DNA from: a virus
Taxonomy: Duplodnaviria > Caudoviricetes
Reading direction: 5' to 3' (one strand)
Virus record (IMG/VR): IMGVR_UViG_3300009703_000019
Span: 1-60,947 of that record
Length of the DNA stretch: 60,947 bases
The position numbers and the translations under genes are program-made. Positions within the stretch are counted from its first letter, which is position 1; every line of letters begins with the position of its first letter. The notes beneath the pieces are model-generated. The model was not told the origin of the DNA and searched no databases. It saw only the letters and a list, made by a program, of their open reading frames with translations. This document shows positions 48,636-58,011 of the stretch, one piece after another.

Positions 48636-48665
48636 ATTATACCATTTTTTCGAATCACTGTAAAC
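48636..48665 (-). promoter_or_regulatory. Early-type promoter GTTTACA-N17-TATAAT
   Basis: Counted 17-nt spacer; the -10 lies within 5 nt of the ATG at 48631, so the mRNA may be leaderless. Confidence 0.75.
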
Positions 48666-48892
48666 TAATGAAGGAAAAATTTGTGTGGGCAGTCGTTTTT
48701 TAGATTTAAAATTTCGACGGATTTTTGCGATACAGGTTCCTTAATACCCTTTCGTTCTCTCCACATCAATTCTAACTTATAACCAAATAATTTAAAATCT
48801 TCATACTTGATACACAGCATCCACCCTGTGTTTTTATCATCCTCGTTCCTTTCTGGTAATGACAATATTCCTTTTACTTTAGTATATTTCAT
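48665..48892 (-). CDS. Hypothetical protein
   Basis: 75 aa; GAGG RBS. Confidence 0.5.
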   Translation of the reverse strand: MKYTKVKGILSLPERNEDDKNTGWMLCIKYEDFKLFGYKLELMWRERKGIKEPVSQKSVEILNLKNDCPHKFFLH

Positions 48893-49056
48893 ATTTTACC
48901 TCTTTCCAGATTGCATTCTACCAAATTCTGATAGTCGAACCCAATCGTGTTTAACATCATCCGTAAAATGATGATGTATTAATAATACAAATACCCAGAG
49001 AACTAATAGAAATATTATTAGTATCCCTGCTGCGTACATGATTATTTTTTTGATAA

Positions 49057-50073
49057 CTAATCCAGCATTTGTATATACCCTATAGAGAATTTTTCCTCTA
49101 CATATTCTGAGAAATTTGTATCTTCAAAGATTGGTTTCCAAAACTCCTCATTGAGGGTATCCTTTTCTCTGAAATTTTTATCATCTGTTACTGTTGGTCG
49201 AGTATACCAGCCAACCTTGGGTTTAGTTACAAACCCAGATTCAACTGCGACTTCTAGGAGACCCGAATATTTTTGAATACCCCCTTCCCATGATACCGAT
49301 ATAGGTATTTTAGATTTTTCTTTAACGAATCTGGATTTCTCAACATTAATGATAAAATCATAACCTATAATTTCTTTACCGACTTTATCTTGGCGACGAC
49401 CTATGATCCAAACTGTATTTGCTGAATATGTTATTCCGGTACCACCAGAAACTACCTGTTTTGAAAACATTTCCTGTGTTTCGTAGGTATGATTAACAGT
49501 AATCATAGGAATATCATTCAGTGTAAGATATGGAGTAGCCATACGAAATAATGACTTCATTTGCTTTGCTCTAGTCATATCTGCAACAGACTTAGAATCT
49601 TTTGCATCATCAATTTCTTTTTTGGATGCAAGATTACCGATAGAATCGATCATAACAAACACTTTGTCAGACGGGGTAATCTCTTCCAAGTGGGTTATAA
49701 GGTCGAATTTTAGTTCTTCAATATTTTTAATAGGAATATGAAGAACTCTATTCATATCAATACCAAACGAATCCCAATATGCTTGAGGTGATCCAAATTC
49801 AGAATCATAAAATAATGTTATGGAATCAGGAAATTTATCCTGATATGCCTTGAGCATCAAAAGACCAAAGGAGGTTTTATAATTTTTAGAAGGACCAGCA
49901 ATCACAGTGAGTCCAGAAGTAATACCACCATCAAATTTTCCTGATAATGCAACATTGATCATAGGAACTGCAGTTGAGATTGGTTCGCTTTGATTTAATA
50001 TTTTGGACTCTGACATAATTGATGCCAGTTTTATTTTGGATGTAGATTTCATTCTCTCAAGTAAACTCATCAA
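49057..50073 (-). CDS. uvsX: RecA-like recombinase UvsX
   Basis: NVALSG..DGG, AGPSK.YKT, YDSEFG, DSIGNLASKKE, DMTRAK, EKSRFVKEKSKIP. Confidence 0.95.
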   Translation of the reverse strand: MMSLLERMKSTSKIKLASIMSESKILNQSEPISTAVPMINVALSGKFDGGITSGLTVIAGPSKNYKTSFGLLMLKAYQDKFPDSITLFYDSEFGSPQAYWDSFGIDMNRVLHIPIKNIEELKFDLITHLEEITPSDKVFVMIDSIGNLASKKEIDDAKDSKSVADMTRAKQMKSLFRMATPYLTLNDIPMITVNHTYETQEMFSKQVVSGGTGITYSANTVWIIGRRQDKVGKEIIGYDFIINVEKSRFVKEKSKIPISVSWEGGIQKYSGLLEVAVESGFVTKPKVGWYTRPTVTDDKNFREKDTLNEEFWKPIFEDTNFSEYVEEKFSIGYIQMLD

Positions 50074-50076
50074 TAT

Positions 50077-50337
50077 TTACCCCGTGACTTTGAGATTTTG
50101 TATATGCCATGTTCCACCAGCACCAGATTTAAACACCAAACGGACTAGTTCAGCAGAAACAATCTCTACTATTTTAGCTTGTTCTGAACTCTTGAATTGA
50201 TAAAGCTCATCATATTTTAATGAAACGATATCCCCTATTCTAGTACCCCATTTTTCAAAAAAGGTTCTTTCCATCTCTTCCCTTTTTTCTTGTAGTTTCT
50301 TTTCTGCATCCAGATCTTTCATGTCTTGTAAATTCAT
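50077..50337 (-). CDS. Hypothetical protein
   Basis: Likely start MNLQD, ATGA-coupled to gp43 stop. Confidence 0.55.
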   Translation of the reverse strand: MNLQDMKDLDAEKKLQEKREEMERTFFEKWGTRIGDIVSLKYDELYQFKSSEQAKIVEIVSAELVRLVFKSGAGGTWHIQNLKVTG

Positions 50338-52790
50338 GTAAAAAATTCCTCCAATGTATTTCTTTTTTCGGGTGTCCAATTAATAATTTTTAACATATTA
50401 TCAACTGGCATTAAAAATGCTTTCTCGAATTGAAGATCATAATCTATATATTCAGATAACTCAAGTTCTCTAGGAAGAACAGAAGGAACCGAAATTACAT
50501 TAGATTTTATAGGATTAGGCATTTTAAGATAACAAAATTTAATCTTAGTCCCATTCTCTATATATTCGTATTTAGAATCTAATCCTAGTATTCTTACATA
50601 TTCATTATATAATATTGAACCTCGTACATGTATAGGGGTTCCTTTTTTAAATAATGTGGTATTATCATAAAATTTATCCAAATTGTTAGCAGTCCTAGGG
50701 AATGCGATATCTATGTAATCTGCCTTTGCAAATTCGAGTTTAAAATTGGAATAATATTCTTGTGCCTCCTTCTCTGTACCATTTAAAATAATTTTAATAA
50801 ATTCCTTTAGAGCTGTTCGGCATATAGGTGGTGTTGAACTTTTAATAGCCTCAATACCCATCATTTTAATTTTAGGGGTTTTATATCTAACCCCTTCATT
50901 ATCAATGACATTCATAATATATCTTTTTTTGGCAAAGAACACGGTTGAATCAGCAATTGCCTCTCGATCCATAAACATTTTCTGATCATAGGCATTCGTA
51001 TAATCTGCAAGATCTTGATACGATTCATCAATTAATTTTCGGAATTGATTAGATCCTATTGCATCAAGAAAATTAACTTTCTCCTCAACAGTCCGGGTTG
51101 ATTCAAATAATTTAGAAACAAGTGAATCGAATGTTACATAAACTGAATCCGTATCAGAAGCAATTATATAATCAACATCCCCTGTTAACATTATTTTGTT
51201 CATGTATTTATTAATAGTACGTTCGATCCATCGAATACTTAATTGCCCTGCTGTTGTAATGGATTCTGCCATATTAACATCGAAATGACGAAAATATTTA
51301 TTCCCAAGAGCACCATATAAAGAATTTAGAAGAATTTTAAGAGCCATTTGTTCAACATAAAGTTTCTCTTCGAGGTCTTTGTTTCCTTCCCTTTGAGCCA
51401 GGATCATTTTGCTCTTTACTGTTTTTCTTGTCGTGAAAAATTGATCCATTAATTCTGGAATAAAACCCCGGACTTTAGTAGAATAGGTCATTCCGTTTGG
51501 GGTTATAGTGTAATCTCCCAAATCAAATACGTTGGTTTTATCCAACATAGAATCAATCGACACATTAGGAATACGAGATTGAATGGTTTCCGGTGAAATA
51601 TTATACTGCATAATTAGATGAGGATACAGCGAAGCAAGGTCAAATGACATTACCCAAGAATGTCTTCCTGTTTGGGTTTCTTTAACATATCCACCAACAA
51701 AATCCCGGAACTCAGATTCCTTATTAGATCCAACAACAATATTTTTCTTTATAAGATGATTATAGCATATTACGTCCCAAACCTTTAATGTCCCAAGGAC
51801 ATCTACATAATTAGATTTAGCTTTATACGTCATCATGTAAACCAAATCCAGGAGTTTGAGTTTATCATCAAGTCTTCTGACTAGCTCAGTATCCTTTATA
51901 TTATAATCTATAAAGAGTTCATAATTTTTCTCATATAAATTAAAAAGGTTTTCATATTCAGAATAATCAAGTTTCTTTTCCTCTAGTTCTTCGAATGATA
52001 TGTTATTAAGGGAATATGATTCTCTATTTACAAATGTAAATTTTTTATATAGAGAGACATAATCTAGATTAGATATACCGAGTATATCATAGGTTTGCTG
52101 TTCTCTACCAAAAGAGGTATTAACTCTTTTCTCTCTTATAATCCCCCATGGACTTAATTTTTGGGCAAAATCGAAAGAAATGATTTTTGATATTCTGTTG
52201 ACGATATAAGGAACATCAAAGAATTCAATATTCCATCCGGTGATAACATCAGGTTTAATAAATTCCCAAAGATTTACAAATTTCGTTAGGAGATCCTTTT
52301 CATCTTCGCATTTAATATATTTAGAATTATCCCTTTTCGATGTATAATCCCCTGTACCAAATGTGAAATAATCATTATTATATTCTATGGTAATGGCATT
52401 GATTTCACCATTAGCCTTTTCTGGGTATGGAAACCCACCCTCGGGTGGTTGCATGGTTTCAATATCGAAATTGAGTACCCGGATATCTTCGGCATTAAAT
52501 TCAATATCATCTTCCCAGTTCTCAGCTATATATTTGTACTGATTCGGAAAATCCCCGTATACAGGGAATACATCTTTGAATTGATTAAAATACTCACGAG
52601 ATTTCTTAATGGTTTTAAATTCTTTTTTTATTAAAGATTTTTCCCCACTTAGATCTTTATATGATCCTTCCCCCTCAATCCAAAGAGATGGTTTGTATCT
52701 TATTTTTCGGAAATATTGTTTACCAGAATCGTATCCTCTGGTATAAATCATTCCGTTTTGTTGAATAGTATTTGTATAAAAACAATTCAT
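50334..52790 (-). CDS. gp43: Family B DNA polymerase gp43
   Basis: FDIET, GWN..FFD, YN..D, SFDLASLYP, K..LNSLYG, DTDS, KKRY, KSSTP. Confidence 0.97.
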   Translation of the reverse strand: MNCFYTNTIQQNGMIYTRGYDSGKQYFRKIRYKPSLWIEGEGSYKDLSGEKSLIKKEFKTIKKSREYFNQFKDVFPVYGDFPNQYKYIAENWEDDIEFNAEDIRVLNFDIETMQPPEGGFPYPEKANGEINAITIEYNNDYFTFGTGDYTSKRDNSKYIKCEDEKDLLTKFVNLWEFIKPDVITGWNIEFFDVPYIVNRISKIISFDFAQKLSPWGIIREKRVNTSFGREQQTYDILGISNLDYVSLYKKFTFVNRESYSLNNISFEELEEKKLDYSEYENLFNLYEKNYELFIDYNIKDTELVRRLDDKLKLLDLVYMMTYKAKSNYVDVLGTLKVWDVICYNHLIKKNIVVGSNKESEFRDFVGGYVKETQTGRHSWVMSFDLASLYPHLIMQYNISPETIQSRIPNVSIDSMLDKTNVFDLGDYTITPNGMTYSTKVRGFIPELMDQFFTTRKTVKSKMILAQREGNKDLEEKLYVEQMALKILLNSLYGALGNKYFRHFDVNMAESITTAGQLSIRWIERTINKYMNKIMLTGDVDYIIASDTDSVYVTFDSLVSKLFESTRTVEEKVNFLDAIGSNQFRKLIDESYQDLADYTNAYDQKMFMDREAIADSTVFFAKKRYIMNVIDNEGVRYKTPKIKMMGIEAIKSSTPPICRTALKEFIKIILNGTEKEAQEYYSNFKLEFAKADYIDIAFPRTANNLDKFYDNTTLFKKGTPIHVRGSILYNEYVRILGLDSKYEYIENGTKIKFCYLKMPNPIKSNVISVPSVLPRELELSEYIDYDLQFEKAFLMPVDNMLKIINWTPEKRNTLEEFFT

Positions 52791-52821
52791 GAAGAACCCT
52801 CAATTTGTAGATCATAATAAC

Positions 52822-52851
52822 ATTATATATTAAATTCCGGGAATTGTAAAC
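52822..52851 (-). promoter_or_regulatory. Early-type promoter GTTTACA-N17-TATAAT for gp43
   Basis: Counted 17-nt spacer. Confidence 0.8.
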
Positions 52852-52852
52852 T

Positions 52853-53149
52853 TTATGACAGAATTTGTGATTTTGGTGCGTATATTTTAGAATACATAGA
52901 CGAATAAGAAGAAAGAATATCTTCTGTTGGGGCGGCAGAAGTTACAACAAAATCATTCGGAATTGTGAATTCTGTATTTGTTGAATACGGCATCCATGGA
53001 GATAATGCCATTTGCATTGCACCATCATCATTTCTACCAACTGGCATAACTACGGCAGGATTTTCCACCACATAGTTATCATCAACTTCAGTAATAACAT
53101 CACATAAAATATCTTCACCACTTCTCAATCTTAAAATCTCAATACTCAT
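52853..53149 (-). CDS. Conserved small T4-like protein (Sm-like)
   Basis: L.SGED....V...NP...PWMP. Confidence 0.65.
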   Translation of the reverse strand: MSIEILRLRSGEDILCDVITEVDDNYVVENPAVVMPVGRNDDGAMQMALSPWMPYSTNTEFTIPNDFVVTSAAPTEDILSSYSSMYSKIYAPKSQILS

Positions 53150-53532
53150 TTAATTCCTCCTATATTATATTTCGCTATTAATTCCCACTTATCTTTATCT
53201 TTGTGAGAAATAACCTTAATTTGGTTCATTGGTGCTAGGTTTCCTAGCTCATGTTTAACTTTCAGGAGACCCCAATCTGATAATAATTTAGCAATAGCAT
53301 TTCTTCTCTCGAGATCGTTATCTGATATATCAGTAGGTTTACCATCAAGTTTAAATAATTCCTTAAAATGAACAAGGTAATATTTATTTTGTTTATGAAG
53401 GATATGGCAAGACTGATAAAGTTTATTATCTTTTCGGGATGCCACACCAATCCTTGTCAATGTCTCTTTAATTTTCAGAAAATCATCAGCTTGTCCGAAA
53501 GAGATTTCTAATAATGAATCTATGTCACTCAT
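53146..53532 (-). CDS. regA: Translational repressor RegA
   Basis: DDFLKIKETLTRIGVAS...LYQSCHILHKQ..Y.VHFKELF.LDG. Confidence 0.95.
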   Translation of the reverse strand: MSDIDSLLEISFGQADDFLKIKETLTRIGVASRKDNKLYQSCHILHKQNKYYLVHFKELFKLDGKPTDISDNDLERRNAIAKLLSDWGLLKVKHELGNLAPMNQIKVISHKDKDKWELIAKYNIGGIK

Positions 53533-53559
53533 AATATTTAGTCCGTTATAAAATATTGA

Positions 53560-53567
53560 TATTTATA
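53560..53567 (-). promoter_or_regulatory. T4-type late promoter TATAAATA upstream of regA
   Basis: Exact motif in intergenic gap. Confidence 0.6.
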
Positions 53568-53570
53568 AAA

Positions 53571-53942
53571 TCAAGTTCCACCCTTGTATAAGAATTTTTT
53601 GATTTCAGTGAGATGATCAATAGATAACAAATCAAGTACGGCCTTAGCTTTTTTATCGGAATAATTATAATATTCTTTTATTGCAGAAATATTATCATCC
53701 TCTACAGATTTTAACCATGGTGCATATCGTCTCTTCTTTTTGATCACCTTCAAGTAGTATTTATATTGAATATCTTTATCAAGAAAATGGAATCTATTTA
53801 ACTCGTTGGCAAAAAATAATGTATCAATATTTGCAGACATACATTTATTAATGATAAATGGAGAATATTGGTCGATATACTCAGACAAATCTGTTTTATT
53901 AGAATTAACGGAATTGAGCCAATCTGATAATTTTAATTTCAT
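53571..53942 (-). CDS. gp62: Clamp loader small subunit gp62
   Basis: Y.PFIIN..S...D....N..N, KRRYAPW.K, YY.YS..KA; synteny. Confidence 0.88.
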   Translation of the reverse strand: MKLKLSDWLNSVNSNKTDLSEYIDQYSPFIINKCMSANIDTLFFANELNRFHFLDKDIQYKYYLKVIKKKRRYAPWLKSVEDDNISAIKEYYNYSDKKAKAVLDLLSIDHLTEIKKFLYKGGT

Positions 53943-54871
53943 TTGAATTCACATCTAAGCATAATTTCTGTTAGAGCTGCAAGAATATTAATCTCAGGAT
54001 CAGCAACAAATGCAGACTTATATTGATATTCAGCTATGATAACAACTGCTTCTGGAATAGATGGCGGTTTTAAATAATCATAGAGAGAATCATAAACCAA
54101 TCTATAGATGGCATCGCTTTCATTATCAATATTATCTACAACCCATTTTCTAACATTAGTAAATTCCTTCCTCGAAAGAAACCCAATGAGTTCGTTAATT
54201 TGAATTGAATTTGTCGATAAAATACCAGAGTTTATTCCACCAGAACTTGAATACCTTTGAAGTTCATTAATAAGTCTTCTGAAATCTGGAAAGAATTTCA
54301 TTATGAGTTGAACCAGAACTTCTTTATCATACTTAACAGATTCAGCGGTTAATATATACTCAATACGGTTAAGAAGTTTAAGAGCTAAGGTGGGTTTATT
54401 TGAGGGTGTAATCGAAAAATCAATTACAGAACATCTAGAATGTATCGGCTCAATAAGTTTATTTTTATAATTACACGTTAATATAAATCTACAGTTTCTA
54501 TAAAATTCTTCAAATACACCACGAATAGCCTTTTGAGCCTCTGGTGTCATTGAGTCAGCTTCATCGAGAATAATAACTTTACCAGTGGAAGAAAACGATT
54601 TTGTTGATGCAAATTGTTTTACTTTATTTCGAATGGTATCAATACCTCGTTCATCCGAGGCGTTAATCATCACAAAATCCGCACCAATCTCGTTACACAG
54701 TATTTTCGCTATGGTGGTTTTGCCTATACCAGCAGAACCCGTCAGCATAAGATGTGGTATTTCTTTATTTTTAATAAACCCCTCGAATATTTTAGAAGAT
54801 GATTCTTCCAATATACATTCCGGAATTTTGGTTGGTCTATATTTTTCTACCCATAAAAAATTATTACTCAT
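53939..54871 (-). CDS. gp44: Clamp loader large subunit gp44
   Basis: WVEKYRP, GSAGIGKTT, INAS, ILDEAD, SRC. Confidence 0.95.
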   Translation of the reverse strand: MSNNFLWVEKYRPTKIPECILEESSSKIFEGFIKNKEIPHLMLTGSAGIGKTTIAKILCNEIGADFVMINASDERGIDTIRNKVKQFASTKSFSSTGKVIILDEADSMTPEAQKAIRGVFEEFYRNCRFILTCNYKNKLIEPIHSRCSVIDFSITPSNKPTLALKLLNRIEYILTAESVKYDKEVLVQLIMKFFPDFRRLINELQRYSSSGGINSGILSTNSIQINELIGFLSRKEFTNVRKWVVDNIDNESDAIYRLVYDSLYDYLKPPSIPEAVVIIAEYQYKSAFVADPEINILAALTEIMLRCEFK

Positions 54872-54888
54872 TCACTCACCTCATAATA

Positions 54889-55227
54889 TTATTTTAAATC
54901 TATCACCATATAATAAATTGCTAGAGGAATTGCCATTCCCACTATTATCGGGATCACCAGAATAGCTACTATATAATTCGATACATTAACATTCTCAGAG
55001 TTCATGGAAGACCATCTCATCATAGTATTTTTCCTATATGGTTTGAGTTTCCATAGTTTTACCTTATTCTTATATTTTTCTATTTTCCCGTCGGTATATT
55101 TTTCTATCTCGTATGATCTTCCATTTGAATATCTATAGAGATTATATCCAAAGAGAAGACATACTAATATAGCTACTCCAAATATACCAGAACTTAATAA
55201 TAATATTGATGTGTATAATGATAACAA
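54889..55227 (-). CDS. Two-TM membrane protein inserted between gp45 and gp44
   Basis: TTG start; two hydrophobic segments. Confidence 0.5.
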   Translation of the reverse strand: MLSLYTSILLLSSGIFGVAILVCLLFGYNLYRYSNGRSYEIEKYTDGKIEKYKNKVKLWKLKPYRKNTMMRWSSMNSENVNVSNYIVAILVIPIIVGMAIPLAIYYMVIDLK

Positions 55228-55878
55228 TTAATTTTCCGTTGTAACCCAATAAGTGACATTCTCACTATCAAATTTAGCAATTCCCTCTTTCGAAATTGAT
55301 AAGGTATAATCGTTTGGAATCATTTTAAGATTTTCATACTTAAAATAAAATTCATATTCTGTAGTTGAATCGACATTATCAATTACCGTGAGATGTGAAT
55401 TTTTATTACCATCTTTCTTATCAATAACACCAAAGGTTGTGGTAATCCCATCGGATTTTAAAACAATGTCAGACAGCTGAAGAACGGCGGCAGACTTCAC
55501 TGTATCGGATAACAGATCCTTTGGTAGTTTGATAGATACAAAAAAATCTTCAATATCGATTGTTTTGTCCGATACTGTTAAAATGTTTTTTGCTGCAAAA
55601 TGAAAACGAACTACCGTATTCGCTTTATCTTTCCATGAAATATCAACATAATCATCGGAGAAGTCGATACATGGTGATCTATATAAAGATAGAACAGAAA
55701 GGAATTCTGATAAATCATATATACCAAATTCTGGAAGATCTTCTTCAATAGCAGAATTGGCTAATATATTTTTCATGGGAGAGACGGTTTTGATTTTCCC
55801 CCCACCTGAATAATAAAAATTCGAATTGATAGTCGCAAAGTTTTTTAAGACTTCAAGAGTCTTTTTTGATAAATTCAT
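55228..55878 (-). CDS. gp45: Sliding clamp gp45
   Basis: LS..TL.VLKNFATIN, FGIYDL.EFL, ENLK..P.DY, YW...E. Confidence 0.93.
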   Translation of the reverse strand: MNLSKKTLEVLKNFATINSNFYYSGGGKIKTVSPMKNILANSAIEEDLPEFGIYDLSEFLSVLSLYRSPCIDFSDDYVDISWKDKANTVVRFHFAAKNILTVSDKTIDIEDFFVSIKLPKDLLSDTVKSAAVLQLSDIVLKSDGITTTFGVIDKKDGNKNSHLTVIDNVDSTTEYEFYFKYENLKMIPNDYTLSISKEGIAKFDSENVTYWVTTEN

Positions 55879-55907
55879 TCATTTCACCTCTTTTTAAATA
55901 TAATTCA

Positions 55908-55937
55908 ATTATACAACATTAATGCATGGTTGTAAAC
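55908..55937 (-). promoter_or_regulatory. Early-type promoter GTTTACA-N17-TATAAT for gp45
   Basis: Counted 17-nt spacer. Confidence 0.8.
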
Positions 55938-56126
55938 TTTATTGATGTGTGTGTCCGTCAGAGCTATGAGCATTCCCAGAAGGAAAAGTCGCACAATAGG
56001 ATATGTCAGGAGTGTGATTCAAGCACCTTTTAAATTCTGTATAATAATTCATAAATATAACAAATAATACAATATACAATAATAATTTCATAATAATCTT
56101 CCCATCGCTATTGTGCGATTAATTTT

Positions 56127-56567
56127 CTATTTAATATCCATAGTTCTTCGTTTTTTGTTTTCTGGTATAATTTTCTCGAGGTCGATATATAACATACCAT
56201 TTTCCATCTTGACTGATGATATCTCTATATTTTCAGAAATTTTAAAAACTCTTTCAAATTTACGTTTTGATATACCACGATGAAGATATTCTACAGATTT
56301 CTCATTGTTTTTTAATTCTGGCTGATCTTTAGATTTAACGATAACATTCGAATCATAATATTCAACCTGAATTTCATCTTTAGCGAAACCAGCGAGTGCC
56401 AGTTCAATAACATACATATCATCGGTTTTTTCTACGATATTATATGGAGGATATTTGGGTTGATTTAGATTGGAAATGTTTTCAAGTTCATGAAAAACCT
56501 TATCCATCCCAACAGAGAATTGGTTGTAGGGAAATCCTAAAAGTGGTCTAGTAAATTCGTTTAGCAT
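56127..56567 (-). CDS. Small heat-shock protein (Hsp20, IbpA-like)
   Basis: YPPYNI, IELALAGF, YLHRGIS.R.F.R.F, NGML.I.L...IPE. Confidence 0.92.
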   Translation of the reverse strand: MLNEFTRPLLGFPYNQFSVGMDKVFHELENISNLNQPKYPPYNIVEKTDDMYVIELALAGFAKDEIQVEYYDSNVIVKSKDQPELKNNEKSVEYLHRGISKRKFERVFKISENIEISSVKMENGMLYIDLEKIIPENKKRRTMDIK

Positions 56568-56633
56568 AGTAGCTCCTTATTAAGCAAGTTGTAATGACCA
56601 ATATTGGTCGGCGTAATCCCTTTCGGCAATTAC
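56568..56633 (-). promoter_or_regulatory. ROSE-like RNA thermometer leader of hsp20
   Basis: Three hairpins; the last pairs CUUGCUU with AAGGAG (SD) leaving a bulged G. Confidence 0.6.
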
Positions 56634-56638
56634 TTTAT

Positions 56639-56646
56639 TATTTATA
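56639..56646 (-). promoter_or_regulatory. T4-type late promoter TATAAATA for hsp20
   Basis: Exact motif immediately before the structured leader. Confidence 0.7.
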
Positions 56647-56752
56647 ACACTTACACAAACCTATATGTAAATGTTATTAATAAATACGTCATTAACATAA
56701 CCATGAATATGAATGTTAATAATAAATTTCTCATATATCTTCTATTCCTATC

Positions 56753-57931
56753 TTATGTTAATGATACATCATCATAATAACCTGATTTTTCAGCTGTTTC
56801 TTCTAGGGAAGTATTATTTTCTTTTTCAATATTAGCCGAAGCATCGAACTTGGTATATAACTCTTTGAAGGTGTTTTTAGTATCTTCATCAAAACGAGAA
56901 ATAGCTAAATCGATTGACTTCATACGATCACCGAAAATAGCGAAGGTTTGAACAATGTGAGCTAAACGACGGGTTGAGATAACATCATCAACACCTTCAT
57001 CATAGAAGGTTTTACGAATACCATCTGCCCATGAGACCAGAAGTTTAGCAAATTCTTCATCAACTGAACCAAAGGCCTTCATGTGATTCATAATGATTTT
57101 CTCTTCTGTTGCCGCCGGGGCAAAAGGTTGTTCAATGGTAATGGAAAATCTCTCGAGGAATGCTTCATCAATAATAGTAGCGGCTGAGAATTTACCAGAC
57201 TCTGAACCTTGACCTTTAGTATTAGCAGTAGCAATAACATTGAAACCTGGTTTGGGTTCGATAAGCTCACCAGTTTTTTTAATAACAATTGGTTTACCTT
57301 CAAGAACACCTTGAAGAGCCATAATCTTATTAGAACCGCGATCGATCTCATCAATCAAGAGGACTGCACCAAGTTCCATAGCCTTAACAATAGGTCCTTT
57401 CTCAAAAACTGTTTCACCATCAACAAGACGAAAACCACCAATTAAATCATCTTGATCCGTTTCTGGTGAAATCTGAACACGAATGAACTCGCGTTTAGCA
57501 TTAGCAGCAGCTTGTTCTACCATCATAGTTTTACCATTACCAGATAAACCAGTAACGAAGATAGGGTAGAAAAATTCAGTTTTAATAATTTTGAGAACAT
57601 CTTTATAAGCACCCCATTTAACAAAATTAGGATCAACCTGCGGTACATAAGAGGATTTAAATTCATCAACAAAAACAGTTTTTCTTACCTCCCTAACTAG
57701 GGTTTTCTCAACAATGTTATCCATTTCCTTTCTTTCTTGGAAGGGAAGAGGGACAATAACACCAGATATATCATATGTACCCCGGGAAACCCGGGGAATC
57801 TCATTTGTAGTAGGACCCATATTTTTATAACCAGAAGCTATAGCGGCATCATTTAGTTCGGACGAAGAATAAATGGTTTTATTCGGGTTCTGAGATTGTA
57901 GATAATCAACAATCTTTTGTAATTTCTTCAT
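56753..57931 (-). CDS. CobS/MoxR-like AAA+ ATPase
   Basis: GLSGNGKT, DDLIGGFRL, LLIDEID, ATANTKG.G, AFLERF, ISTRRL; start moved to 57931. Confidence 0.88.
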   Translation of the reverse strand: MKKLQKIVDYLQSQNPNKTIYSSSELNDAAIASGYKNMGPTTNEIPRVSRGTYDISGVIVPLPFQERKEMDNIVEKTLVREVRKTVFVDEFKSSYVPQVDPNFVKWGAYKDVLKIIKTEFFYPIFVTGLSGNGKTMMVEQAAANAKREFIRVQISPETDQDDLIGGFRLVDGETVFEKGPIVKAMELGAVLLIDEIDRGSNKIMALQGVLEGKPIVIKKTGELIEPKPGFNVIATANTKGQGSESGKFSAATIIDEAFLERFSITIEQPFAPAATEEKIIMNHMKAFGSVDEEFAKLLVSWADGIRKTFYDEGVDDVISTRRLAHIVQTFAIFGDRMKSIDLAISRFDEDTKNTFKELYTKFDASANIEKENNTSLEETAEKSGYYDDVSLT

Positions 57932-57963
57932 AATATAGTACCTCTTTATCAATTTATAGCTAC

Positions 57964-57993
57964 ATTATACCATATCCTCTCGATGTTGTAAAC
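57964..57993 (-). promoter_or_regulatory. Early-type promoter GTTTACA-N17-TATAAT with UP element
   Basis: Counted 17-nt spacer; flanks nearly identical to the 13332 promoter. Confidence 0.8.
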
Positions 57994-58011
57994 ACTTATT
58001 TTCATTTATTT

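Noticed and set aside
34199-52790. Introns or inteins in nrdA, gp61, gp41, uvsX, gp43
   Set aside because: All are uninterrupted and of normal length with no intein motifs.
11156-57931. Cobalamin biosynthesis (CobS/CobT) as an auxiliary pathway
   Set aside because: The AAA+/VWA pair is common in T4-like phages, and no cobN or other cob genes are present in the window.
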